From Candidatus Latescibacterota bacterium (lineage in GTDB: Bacteria > Latescibacterota > UBA2968): DNA of 64,000 bases. Shown piece after piece: positions 20,750-30,296 of the stretch. Numbering within the stretch: position 1 is the stretch's first letter; each line of letters starts with the position of its first letter. The stretch spans positions 5,600,001 through 5,664,000 of the forward strand of contig OZ242311.1 in the NCBI GenBank assembly GCA_965207885.1, in the 5' to 3' direction. The position numbers and the translations under genes are program-made. The notes beneath the pieces are model-generated. The model was not told where the DNA came from and did not search any database. It was given only the letters and a program-made list of their open reading frames with translations.

Positions 20750-22225
20750 ATGCCACTTCTCTCATCCATACTTCTCACGCCCGTCATCACGCTCATCATC
20801 CTTTTACTCATGCCCCAAAGGGCCGTGCGGGGTATCCGGCTAATATGCGCCTTCAGTGGCTTATTGACCTGTGTGTTGAGCCTGCAACTCTGGATGAGCT
20901 ATGATCCCACAACCAGCGGTATTCAATTTGAAGAAATAATCCCCTGGGTCGCAGCCATTGGCATCTCCTATCACCTCGGCGTTGACGGATTTGGCGTCAT
21001 CCTCGTCATGCTCAACGCCATCGTCTATTTCACCGGGGTACTCACCATGTGGGACCTCGAAGAGCGCGTCAAAGAATATTTCGCCTTCATGGTACTCCTC
21101 GTCATCGGCGTCTTCGGCGTCTTCATGTCGCTGGATCTCTTCTTCTTTTTCTTCTTTTACGAAATCGCTGTCGTCCCCATGTATCCCCTCATCCTGATAT
21201 GGGGCAGCGGCAACAGAGCTTATGCCGGCATGAAACTCATGCTCTTCCTCCTCGCCGGCAGCGCGCTCCTCTTTCCCGGCCTACTCGCCATCTATCACCA
21301 CGCGGGCCTCAACACCTTTGACATCATTGCCCTGTCCGCACACACATTCGATCCCCAATTCCAAATATTTGTCTATCCCTTTATCTACGTCGGCTTTGGC
21401 GTCTTGGCCGGCCTGTTCCCCTTCCACGGCTGGTCGCCCACAGGCCACGTTGCCGCGCCATCTGCTGTTTCCATGCTACACGCGGGCGTCCTGATGAAAC
21501 TCGGCGCATTTGGCATACTCACAGTCGGCATTCGCCTGCTACCCGAAGGCGCTGCGTACTGGGCACCGACCTTTGTGGTATTGGCCGTCATCGGAATCAT
21601 CTACGGAGCTTATGTCGCCATGCGACAGACCGACTTCAAATTTGTCATCGGCTTCTCATCTGTATCTCACATGGGCATTGTCCTCCTCGGCCTCAACCTC
21701 GCAATCCTCGGCCAGGTCGCTGCAACCGACGCCCTCAACGGCGCAGTCTTCCAGATGTTTGCCCACGGCATCATGACCGCCCTGTTTTTCAGCACCGCGG
21801 GATATATCTACGACAAATCCCACTCAAAAACCATTGGCGACTTTGGCGGTCTTGGCGTGCAGATGCCCCGCGCAGTCTCCATCTTCATCGTCGCGGGCCT
21901 GTGTGGTGCCGGTTTGCCCGGCCTGGCGAGCTTTTGGGCTGAATTACTCGTCTTCCTCGCCGCTTTGAAAACGTACCCCATCGCCGGCGTCATCGTCATC
22001 CTCGGTCTCGTACTCACCGCGGTTTACATCTTGCGCGTCTTCAACCTGGCCTTTTTTGGCGCACCAAATCCGAAATGGGAAAATCTGAAAGCACAGGACA
22101 TGTCTGGCCTGCACCTGATACCGCGCGCCATACTAATCGCCGTACTCGTGATCTTCGGCTTTGTACCCCGCCTCATGCTCGACCTGATCAACAGCACGAC
22201 CATAGCTTTCTTGGGTAATTTCTAA
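20750..22225 (+). CDS. nuoM: NADH-quinone oxidoreductase subunit M
   Basis: 'FYE...VPMY', 'PFHGW.P..HV.AP', 'LMKLG', 'SSVSHMG', 'MFAHG'. Confidence 0.93.
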   Translation: MPLLSSILLTPVITLIILLLMPQRAVRGIRLICAFSGLLTCVLSLQLWMSYDPTTSGIQFEEIIPWVAAIGISYHLGVDGFGVILVMLNAIVYFTGVLTMWDLEERVKEYFAFMVLLVIGVFGVFMSLDLFFFFFFYEIAVVPMYPLILIWGSGNRAYAGMKLMLFLLAGSALLFPGLLAIYHHAGLNTFDIIALSAHTFDPQFQIFVYPFIYVGFGVLAGLFPFHGWSPTGHVAAPSAVSMLHAGVLMKLGAFGILTVGIRLLPEGAAYWAPTFVVLAVIGIIYGAYVAMRQTDFKFVIGFSSVSHMGIVLLGLNLAILGQVAATDALNGAVFQMFAHGIMTALFFSTAGYIYDKSHSKTIGDFGGLGVQMPRAVSIFIVAGLCGAGLPGLASFWAELLVFLAALKTYPIAGVIVILGLVLTAVYILRVFNLAFFGAPNPKWENLKAQDMSGLHLIPRAILIAVLVIFGFVPRLMLDLINSTTIAFLGNF

Positions 22226-22226
22226 C

Positions 22227-23651
22227 ATGGAAAACGCTATCCTCTTCGCACCAGAACTTATTTGCCTGCTCATGGGCCTCGTGCTCTTTTTTGCCACAGT
22301 GCTCAACTGGTCCTATCGCACAACTCGGGGCATTGCCATTGCATCCGGCATAGCGATGATCGCCGCCTGTCTCTGGACCCTATCCCTTGAAGGCGAACCC
22401 TTCTTCCCGGGCATATACGCGGTTGACTTCTTTTCCCAATTGATCAAAACAGCTCTCGCAGTCGGATTCCTATTTGTCGTCATTGCCAGCGCCAACCCCC
22501 TCACAGTTGACCGCAATGGTTGGCTCGAGGTCCCCCTCTTCTTCATATTTTCCACACTCGGCATGATGATGATGGTCAGCGCGACCGAACTCCTCACCCT
22601 CTATGTCGCCATGGAACTGGCTGCCTATCCCGTCTATATCGTCGTTGCCCTTCACCGCAATACCGACATCGGCGGGGAAAGCGCCACCAAATACATGGTA
22701 CAGGGCATGGCAGCCTCGGCCATCTCGCTCTACGGCATGAGCTTTCTCTTTGGCACATTTGGCTCCACCTACTTCTCTGCCATCAGCATCCCACACGCCG
22801 CCGCGCAGCCCATCTTCTACCTGGGCCTGTTGCTCACACTCGCCGGCTTCTTCTTCAAACTCGGCGCCTTCCCCTTCCACTTTTGGGCACCCGACACGTA
22901 TGAAATCGCGCCCCATCCCATCATCACATTCATCGCCACCGTTTCCAAAATCGCCGCCATCGGCATCCTCTGTCGCCTGTTATCCCTCGCCATGCCCGGT
23001 GGCTGGGAATCGGGCCACGCCCAAACCGCGCTCATGTGGGCAAGCGTCATCGCAATGAGCCTGGGCAACCTGGCCGCACTCGCGCAAAAAGACCTCAAAC
23101 GCCTGCTCGGATATTCCACAGTCGCCCACGCCGGTTACGTGCTCCTCGCCCTTCAAACCTTCGCCGAATGGGGTCTTACCGCTGCCCTCTTTTACGCCAT
23201 TGGCTACTTTGCCATGTCCTTTGCGTGCTTCCTCGTCATCTGTGAAGTCGGTCGCAGCGAAGACCGCATCACCATCGACTCCGTATCTGGCCTTTACAAA
23301 CGCGCGCCATTCCTCTCCTTCACCTTGCTCATCGGCCTGTTTGGCCTCATTGGCCTCCCCCCCACTGTGGGCTTTGTCGGCAAATGGTTCCTCTTTTCTG
23401 CCGCCCTCCAGCGCGGTCAATTCTATCTCGTCCTCATCGCAGCCATCAACGCCGCGATCGCCCTGTATTATTATCTTCTCATCATTCGCCAACTCTACTG
23501 GGTAGAACCCACCACACAGAACACCATCAAACCCACGCCCCTCATCGCCGTCACCGCAATGGCGACCATCATCCTCGTAGTCGCAATGGGCACGGTCCCC
23601 GGACCCTTCTGGGACATGGCCGCACGCGCCGCACGCGCACTGATCAGTTGA
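22227..23651 (+). CDS. nuoN: NADH-quinone oxidoreductase subunit N
   Basis: 'E.A.KY', 'FKLGAFPFHFWAPD.YE', 'KRLLGYS..AHAGY', 'GLPP..GF.GK'. Confidence 0.93.
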   Translation: MENAILFAPELICLLMGLVLFFATVLNWSYRTTRGIAIASGIAMIAACLWTLSLEGEPFFPGIYAVDFFSQLIKTALAVGFLFVVIASANPLTVDRNGWLEVPLFFIFSTLGMMMMVSATELLTLYVAMELAAYPVYIVVALHRNTDIGGESATKYMVQGMAASAISLYGMSFLFGTFGSTYFSAISIPHAAAQPIFYLGLLLTLAGFFFKLGAFPFHFWAPDTYEIAPHPIITFIATVSKIAAIGILCRLLSLAMPGGWESGHAQTALMWASVIAMSLGNLAALAQKDLKRLLGYSTVAHAGYVLLALQTFAEWGLTAALFYAIGYFAMSFACFLVICEVGRSEDRITIDSVSGLYKRAPFLSFTLLIGLFGLIGLPPTVGFVGKWFLFSAALQRGQFYLVLIAAINAAIALYYYLLIIRQLYWVEPTTQNTIKPTPLIAVTAMATIILVVAMGTVPGPFWDMAARAARALIS

Positions 23652-23742
23652 TGAGCGCGCGAAAAAAAGAAAAAATATTCACCAAAATTAAATTTGTCTT
23701 ATATTCTATTACGCAATCATTCAACTAAAAGGAGATATGGCA

Positions 23743-24051
23743 ATGGAAACGATTGCCAAAAATAAAAACGCCACTGCTAAACAGGATCAACCAAAAGGAG
23801 ATATAGCAATGGACGCTGACACCACAAATAACAACACTGAACAGAGCCAACGGATAACAACCCTTGAGACAAATTTGGAATTTATCAAAGAACAGCTTTC
23901 AGATGTGAAACAGGACTTAAAAGACCTCAAGCAAGGGCAAGAAAATATTGAAACGCGGCTCAATACCCGGATTGACGATTTGATAAAATGGTATGTCCCC
24001 ACAACGGTTGTTGCGCTATTGCTTTTTGCTGCTGTCATGAAATTTTTATAA
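23743..24051 (+). CDS. Small coiled-coil protein with C-terminal TM helix (DUF1640/XhlA-like); second in-frame RBS and start at 23809
   Basis: Heptad pattern 'RITTLETNLEFIKEQLSDVKQDLKDLK'; hydrophobic C-terminus; AGGAG RBS; AT-rich. Confidence 0.7.
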   Translation: METIAKNKNATAKQDQPKGDIAMDADTTNNNTEQSQRITTLETNLEFIKEQLSDVKQDLKDLKQGQENIETRLNTRIDDLIKWYVPTTVVALLLFAAVMKFL

Positions 24052-24077
24052 AAGGGCATTATAGACATTAACCTTAT

Positions 24078-24124
24078 AAAAAAAAGAACCCGCAATCGTT
24101 CGGTGATTGCGGGTTCTTTTTTTT
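24078..24124. terminator. Bidirectional intrinsic terminator
   Basis: A8-GAACCCGCAATC-loop-GATTGCGGGTTC-T8 between convergent genes. Confidence 0.9.
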
Positions 24125-24169
24125 CGTGCAAATTCGCTTTCACACATCCGATGATTTTGTCATCAAGAC

Positions 24170-24712
24170 TCAAGGCATCGGCTTGTACGGAAATGACGAA
24201 TGATGCACATTGATACGCAACTTGCCATTCTCGTCCTTAAAATAGCCAAACGTGAACTCCACCTTGGCTTCTTTTTCGGTATTTGCGTCTGTAAAATAGT
24301 AATTACCCATGGCAATGGCCGAGTCGCCGTTAATAATAATATCAGCGTTCTCAAATCGGACTTTGCTCCACGGCTGGATAGCAAAACCGCGATCTTCAGG
24401 TACAATACCAGTCACAAAATAAGATATAGCCTCTTCTTTTGTTAAACGAAATTGTTTTTCTGACGCCTTCGTAGGCTTAAACAGAACCTCGCCTTCATCA
24501 TAACCATATAACGTATTGACGGTCTCTTCGGCCAATGCCTTATAGTCCTTTTTTTGCGTATATGCTTCACCGATAGCGACAATTGCTTCGCCCCAAATTT
24601 TTTGGGCCTCCATAACCTCTCTCTCAACAATACCATTATCCTTCATAACATCCTCTGCATATCCCGTCGCCACAACCACCAGCGTTGCCAATATTGCCAA
24701 TTGAATCTTCAT
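24170..24712 (-). CDS. Secreted iota-class carbonic anhydrase-like protein (COG4337, NTF2-like fold)
   Basis: Signal peptide; 'VLFKPTKA', 'SYFV', 'ED.GFA..PW..VRFEN', 'AMGNY.FT', 'KVEFTFGY', C-terminal 'HHSS.PY'. Confidence 0.75.
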   Translation of the reverse strand: MKIQLAILATLVVVATGYAEDVMKDNGIVEREVMEAQKIWGEAIVAIGEAYTQKKDYKALAEETVNTLYGYDEGEVLFKPTKASEKQFRLTKEEAISYFVTGIVPEDRGFAIQPWSKVRFENADIIINGDSAIAMGNYYFTDANTEKEAKVEFTFGYFKDENGKLRINVHHSSFPYKPMP

Positions 24713-24931
24713 TTTTTGCCCCTCCTATTTAAGCAATCGTATCCGATTGCATCGCATTATTTCTTTCTCTTGTATTCCACATATAAAAAAAATTCTCTTT
24801 AATGTCAAATCAATTTTATGCTTTAATCTTCCTGACAAACGGTCTTTTTTTTGTCAAAAAAATCCGTTTTGTGTATCTTTTGCCCTATCGTAACAACTCC
24901 TGCTCCTCTGTGCAAACATTAAGGAATTTTC

Positions 24932-25858
24932 ATGCTCAATAAATTAATCGACAAACTAAAAAAGGGACTGACCAAAACCCGCGAAGGCATGGTACAAAAA
25001 ATCCGCGAAGTCATTCGGCGGCACCCTAAAATCGACGAAGAAACCCTTGAAGAAATTGAAGAAATTCTCATCGAAGCAGACGTTGGCGTAGAACCCACCC
25101 TTCGCATAATTGACCAATTGCGCGAACGCTTTGAAACCGGCGAACCCGTTGAAAATCCGGAAACCGCAGTCCAGGAATTTCTCGAAGAAGAAATCCGCAA
25201 AATCCTCCTGCCTTCAGACACGGCGCCATCTATCGCAATCACAACCAAACCCCACATTATCCTCGTCGTAGGTGTCAACGGCGTGGGCAAAACCACCACC
25301 ATTGGCAAAATGGCTCACAAACTCAGCCGCGAAGGCAAAAAAGTACTCTTTGCCGCGGGAGACACATTTCGGGCAGCAGCCATTGACCAACTCGGCATCT
25401 GGGCCAACCGCACGGGATCTGACATCGTGCAACACCAACCGGGCGCAGACGCAGCATCCGTGGCATTCGACGCCATTCAGGCAGCCAGAGCACGCGACAT
25501 CGACGTCGTACTCATCGACACAGCAGGCCGCCTGCACACCAAAATCAACCTCATGGAAGAAGTCAAAAAAATCCGCCGCGTCGTCGCCAAAGCCATGCCC
25601 GGTGCCCCCCACGAAACCCTGCTCGTACTCGATGCAACCACCGGACAAAACGCCGTCATACAGGCAAAACAATTTCACAGCACCGTTGAACTCACGGGCC
25701 TTGTCCTGGCAAAACTCGACGGCACCGCCAAAGGAGGCGTAATCATCGCCATCGCCGATGAACTCGACCTCCCCGTGCGCTATGTTGGCCTGGGAGAAGA
25801 CATTGAGGACCTGGATGACTTTGACCCCGCAACCTTTGTCCAGGCTCTATTTGAGTAA
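24932..25858 (+). CDS. ftsY: SRP receptor GTPase FtsY
   Basis: '[13 protein letters not shown]', 'DTFRAAA', 'DTAGR', 'KLDGTAKGG'. Confidence 0.97.
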   Translation: MLNKLIDKLKKGLTKTREGMVQKIREVIRRHPKIDEETLEEIEEILIEADVGVEPTLRIIDQLRERFETGEPVENPETAVQEFLEEEIRKILLPSDTAPSIAITTKPHIILVVGVNGVGKTTTIGKMAHKLSREGKKVLFAAGDTFRAAAIDQLGIWANRTGSDIVQHQPGADAASVAFDAIQAARARDIDVVLIDTAGRLHTKINLMEEVKKIRRVVAKAMPGAPHETLLVLDATTGQNAVIQAKQFHSTVELTGLVLAKLDGTAKGGVIIAIADELDLPVRYVGLGEDIEDLDDFDPATFVQALFE

Positions 25859-25892
25859 TTGACGCCAATGCGAAATCGGGTATATTTTTTTT

Positions 25893-27053
25893 ATGTCCAT
25901 TCAACTGCCCATATATCTCGACAACAACGCCACCACACCCATAGATGAACGGGTACTCAACGCGATGTTGCCCTATCTCAAAGATCGCTTTGGCAATGCC
26001 GCCAGTCGCACACACACCTTTGGGTGGCATGCCGAAGATGCCGTTGATCTCGCGCGGGAACAAATAGCCAGCCTCATCAACGCACAGCCCAAAGACATCG
26101 TCTTTACCAGTGGCGCCACAGAATCCGACAACCTCGCCATCAAAGGCGTGGTCGCCGCAGCCAAAACTCCGCACATCATCACACAAGCCACCGAACACCA
26201 CGCCGTACTCGACTCTTGCCGCGCCCTGGAACGCGACGGCGTCTCAGTCACGGTATTGCCCGTAGATTCACACGGTATTACCGACCCATCAGACATCGCA
26301 AACGCCATCACAGACAAAACCGCACTCGTCTCCATCATGGCGGCCAACAACGAAATCGGCACCTGCCAGGCCATTGAAGAAATCGGGGCAATATGCCGTG
26401 AAAAAAACATCTATTTTCACACAGATGCAGCACAGGCCATTGGCAAGTACCCGATCGACGTCGAAGCCATGCATATCGACCTGCTCTCCATCTCCGCCCA
26501 TAAACTCTACGGACCCAAAGGCGCGGGCGCACTCTATGTACGCAGCCGTCCGCGCGTTCGCCTCGTCGGCCAAATAGACGGCGGGGGCCATGAAAAAGGC
26601 ATGCGCTCTGGCACGCTCAATGTACCGGGCATTGTGGGCCTGGGAGAAGCCTGCGCGCTCGCACAAAAACACATCGAAACCGAAGCAAAACACAGCCAGA
26701 ATTTGCGCCATCGCCTGCAAAACCACCTCTTCAACGCGCTGCCCCAGATACAACTCAACGGCCACCCCGAACAACGCCTGCCGGGCAATCTCAACATCAG
26801 CTTTACCGGTGTAGATGGTGAAAGCCTGCTCATGAGCTTGCGGGATGTAGCCCTCTCATCTGGTTCAGCCTGTACATCCGCATCTCTGGAACCATCCTAC
26901 GTACTCAAAGCCATTGGTGTCAGCAATGACATGGCACAGTGCAGCATACGCTTTGGCATTGGCCGATTCAACACCGAAGCAGAAATTGATTATGTTGCAG
27001 AACGCGTGATTAAAGAAGTCAATCGCCTGCGCGAAATATCGCCAAACTACTAA
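25893..27053 (+). CDS. iscS: Cysteine desulfurase (IscS type)
   Basis: 'YLDNNATTP', '[10 protein letters not shown]', 'SSGSACTS'. Confidence 0.95.
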   Translation: MSIQLPIYLDNNATTPIDERVLNAMLPYLKDRFGNAASRTHTFGWHAEDAVDLAREQIASLINAQPKDIVFTSGATESDNLAIKGVVAAAKTPHIITQATEHHAVLDSCRALERDGVSVTVLPVDSHGITDPSDIANAITDKTALVSIMAANNEIGTCQAIEEIGAICREKNIYFHTDAAQAIGKYPIDVEAMHIDLLSISAHKLYGPKGAGALYVRSRPRVRLVGQIDGGGHEKGMRSGTLNVPGIVGLGEACALAQKHIETEAKHSQNLRHRLQNHLFNALPQIQLNGHPEQRLPGNLNISFTGVDGESLLMSLRDVALSSGSACTSASLEPSYVLKAIGVSNDMAQCSIRFGIGRFNTEAEIDYVAERVIKEVNRLREISPNY

Positions 27054-27070
27054 ACATCCCCGGAGCCACC

Positions 27071-27880
27071 ATGCCAACACCAGACCGACCCCAACGCCCC
27101 GAAATCTTACCCGAAGTCAAAAACATCGTCGCAGTATCCAGCGGCAAAGGCGGCGTGGGCAAAACAACAGTTAGCGTGAACCTCGCGGTCTCACTCGCCA
27201 AACAGGGCGCAGCGGTTGGCTTGCTCGACGCGGATATTTACGGACCCAATGTGCCCATCATGATGGGCAGCACGGCGCAACCCAGGGCAATGGGTCAAAA
27301 AATACTGCCCCTTGAAAATCACAATGTCAAATTCATGTCTCTCGGCCTTATCGCCGGAGAAAATGCCCCCATAATATGGCGCGGTCCCATCGTGGGCAGA
27401 ATGATACAGCAATTCATAGTTGACGTGATATGGGGCGCACTCGACTACCTCGTCGTCGATCTTCCCCCCGGCACGGGCGACGCACAACTCACCCTTGCCC
27501 AAACCGTGCCCCTCAGCGGTGCGGTCATAGTCACCACCCCGCAAAATGTCGCATTGGAAGACGTACATCGCGGCATAGAAATGTTCCGCAAAGTCGAAGT
27601 CCCCATCCTCGGCATTGTCGAAAACATGAGCTATTTTCTCTGCCCGTGTTGCGGAGACCACACCCCCCTCTTTGGCGAAGGCGGAGGTCAACACATCGCC
27701 GATGCATTTGGCCTGCCCCTACTCGGACAAATCCCCATCCAGCCCAATATTTGCGAAGGCGGCGACACGGGTGCGCCCATTGCAACAGGTGAAAACAATG
27801 CTTTCCCCGAAATCGCCCGGCGCATTGCCAACGCACTGGAAGAAAGAGAAAGCGACCTGCCCGAAATCACAATTGTCTAA
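27071..27880 (+). CDS. mrp: Mrp/NBP35 (ApbC) Fe-S cluster carrier ATPase
   Basis: 'SGKGGVGKTT', 'DADIYGP', 'DLPPGTGD', 'ENMS...CPCC'. Confidence 0.93.
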   Translation: MPTPDRPQRPEILPEVKNIVAVSSGKGGVGKTTVSVNLAVSLAKQGAAVGLLDADIYGPNVPIMMGSTAQPRAMGQKILPLENHNVKFMSLGLIAGENAPIIWRGPIVGRMIQQFIVDVIWGALDYLVVDLPPGTGDAQLTLAQTVPLSGAVIVTTPQNVALEDVHRGIEMFRKVEVPILGIVENMSYFLCPCCGDHTPLFGEGGGQHIADAFGLPLLGQIPIQPNICEGGDTGAPIATGENNAFPEIARRIANALEERESDLPEITIV

Positions 27881-27966
27881 CTTTTCGGGCTTGCGAATGA
27901 AAAAAAATACCTTACATTAAATTCCCGTGATCACTCAAATCCAAACACCAACCCGAAAGGTGTGCC

Positions 27967-29145
27967 ATGAGTACAACGTATGAAACGCTCGTCGCACAGG
28001 CAGAGGCCAACAACACAGGGCTTTCTCCAGAACGCGCACAGGAGAAAATCAACGCAAATGGAACGCTGCTCATAGACGTGCGCGAGCGCGAAAATTATAT
28101 CGAAGGATATATCCCCGGCGCAGAAAACGTACCGCGTGGCTTTCTCGAACTCCGCATAGAAAGCATGGACAATGACCGCGACCGCGCAATCATTGTCTAT
28201 GGTGCTCAGGGCCAGGGCGCATTGGCCGCACAGGCACTTCAAGACATGGGCTATTCCGACGTCGCGTATATCCAGGGCGACATTGACGCGTGGCAAAATG
28301 CCGATCTCCACATTGACCGCGACCGCGCGCTCAACAAAGCCGAAGTACAGCGCTACTCCCGTCACCTCCTCATCCCCGAAGTGGGAGAACGCGGACAGGG
28401 CAAACTCCTCGACGCCAAAGTGCTACTCATTGGCGCAGGCGGATTGGGCAGCCCAACCGGACTTTATCTGGCCGCGACTGGCATTGGGACACTGGGAATC
28501 GTCGATGCCGACATCGTCGATGTCACCAACTTGCAACGCCAGATACTGCACGGCACATCTGACCTGGGTCGTCTCAAAGCCATCTCGGCTTACGAGACCC
28601 TCAAAGAAATCAATCCCGGCTGCGATGTGGTGCCACACACCGACTATCTCACATCCGACAACATCATGGACATCCTTCCCCAATACGACATCATCGTCAA
28701 CGGATGCGACAACTTCCCAACGCGCTATCTCGTCAACGATGCGTGTGTCTTCTTAAAAAAACCCATCGTGGATGGCAGCATCTTCCGCTTTGAAGGTCAG
28801 GTCACGGTGTACACGTGCGACGGTGAGGGGCCTTGCTACCGCTGCCTCTACCCTGCGCCACCGCCGGCAGACCTGGCACCGTCGTGAGACGAAGCAGGCG
28901 TGCTGGGTGTTCTGCCCGGCACAGTTGGCCTCGTGCAGGCTACAGAAGTTGTCAAACTCATACTCGGTCAGGGGGATCCACTCATCGGCCGCTTGCTGAT
29001 GTACGACGCCCTGCAAATGAACTTCAACACATTTAAAATTCGCCGCGACAAAAATTGCCCTGTATGTGGCGACAACCCGACCATCACCGAACTCATGGAC
29101 TATCAGGCATTCTGCTCCATGGATCACAGCGACGCGGCGGATTGA
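27967..29145 (+). CDS. moeB: Rhodanese-MoeB/ThiF E1-like adenylyltransferase, probable selenoprotein (Sec at TGA 28885-28887)
   Basis: N-terminal rhodanese fold; 'RYSRH', 'GAGGLGS', 'NLQRQ', 'CYRC'; in-frame read-through gives 'APS-U-DEAGVLGVLPG' where homologs have 'PSC.EAGVLG'; second Zn motif 'CPVC' lies after the TGA. Confidence 0.85.
28900..28922 (+). promoter_or_regulatory. Bacterial SECIS-like hairpin
   Basis: Stem GTGCTGGGT/GCCCGGCAC (9 bp including 2 G-U); apical loop GTTCT begins with G(U), 21 nt after the UGA. Confidence 0.7.
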
Positions 29146-29165
29146 CCGTCGCAACACAAAAACAC

Positions 29166-29205
29166 AAAGGGGTGAAACCGATTGGTTTCACCCCTTTTAT
29201 TTTTT
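29166..29205. terminator. Intrinsic terminator (probably bidirectional)
   Basis: AAAGGGGTGAAACC-gatt-GGTTTCACCCCTTTT followed by a T-rich tract. Confidence 0.88.
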
Positions 29206-29218
29206 CCTTTTTGTGCAT

Positions 29219-30286
29219 TCACCTCTGATAATGCCCCCTATCTCTATCCTCCACCACACTATCATCTACAGGCACTTTGAGGCGATCTGCCCATTCGCCA
29301 ATTTGCTCGTTAATCGTACCGGGTATCTCAATACCATGTTTGAGGCGGTGCTTGCGGTTGCGGTACTCAAAATCCCCCGGAACCAGAACTTCATCTACCC
29401 CATCGGCGGGTTCGGTCGTCTTCATCGCATCTAAAAATGCGCGAATATCCTGCTGATAACTGTCCAAATCTGTAAACGCGCTAATATCGATAACCTGCAT
29501 AAACGCGCCTCCAGAACGCCGGCCCTCCCTTTGGGCTCCTGAAAGCAGCCCCATCAAACAGACCATCAGCGAAAGCGCGTAGCCCTTGTGCTCTCCAAAA
29601 GTACGCAAAAATCCACCATCGTAAAAATCGAGGGGATTGGTTGACGGCTTGTTATTCTTATCCACAATAAAAGTATCGGGAATCGACGCATTCTTGCTTC
29701 GCGCGACCTGGAGCTTGCCCTCGGCGACCATAGAAGTGGCAAAATCGATTACAAAAGGTGCCTCATCGCCCGTGGGAACGCCCACCGCAATGGGATTGGT
29801 ACCCAGACTCCCTTTCTTCCCCCCAAAAGGCAAAACTTTCATCGTATTGGGCGAACCCCCACCAACCATGCAAATACCGATAAAACCCCCGCGCGCGGCA
29901 ATCTCGACATATTCTCCCAGACGCCCAATATGGGCAACCCGCGTGAACGAAACCGAACAAATTTCAGAAGTTCGCGCTTTTTCCATCGCCTGATGGACAG
30001 CGCGATAAGCCGTAAGATGCCCCACCCCCCCGTTGCCGTCCAGAACCAGTGTAGTAGCCGATTCCCGCACCGTAGTCGGTTCAGCCGCCGGATTCATACC
30101 CCCATCAGAGATATGAGAGAGATACATGGGAATACGGAGAACACCGTGAGAATCGTGACCGGCGAGATTGGCATTCACCAGAATCTTCGCCACAATACAT
30201 GCGATATCAGGTGTCGCACCAGATGCTTCGAACAAACATCTCGTAAGCGCGTGAAGATGCGCGGGTTGATACGTGTGCATTTGCAT
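29219..30286 (-). CDS. Ldh_2 family (malate/L-sulfolactate/ureidoglycolate dehydrogenase-like) oxidoreductase
   Basis: 'GHDSHGV.R', 'HIGRLG.Y', 'LGTNPI', 'DFATS', 'FG.HKGYAL'; ATG 30286 follows AGGAG. Confidence 0.88.
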   Translation of the reverse strand: MQMHTYQPAHLHALTRCLFEASGATPDIACIVAKILVNANLAGHDSHGVLRIPMYLSHISDGGMNPAAEPTTVRESATTLVLDGNGGVGHLTAYRAVHQAMEKARTSEICSVSFTRVAHIGRLGEYVEIAARGGFIGICMVGGGSPNTMKVLPFGGKKGSLGTNPIAVGVPTGDEAPFVIDFATSMVAEGKLQVARSKNASIPDTFIVDKNNKPSTNPLDFYDGGFLRTFGEHKGYALSLMVCLMGLLSGAQREGRRSGGAFMQVIDISAFTDLDSYQQDIRAFLDAMKTTEPADGVDEVLVPGDFEYRNRKHRLKHGIEIPGTINEQIGEWADRLKVPVDDSVVEDRDRGHYQR

Positions 30287-30296
30287 AAGAAATCTC

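Noticed and set aside
27967-29145. moeB as a pseudogene or two separate genes
   Set aside because: The stop is TGA exactly at the conserved Cys, the frame is preserved and a SECIS-like hairpin follows; Sec recoding is the simpler explanation.
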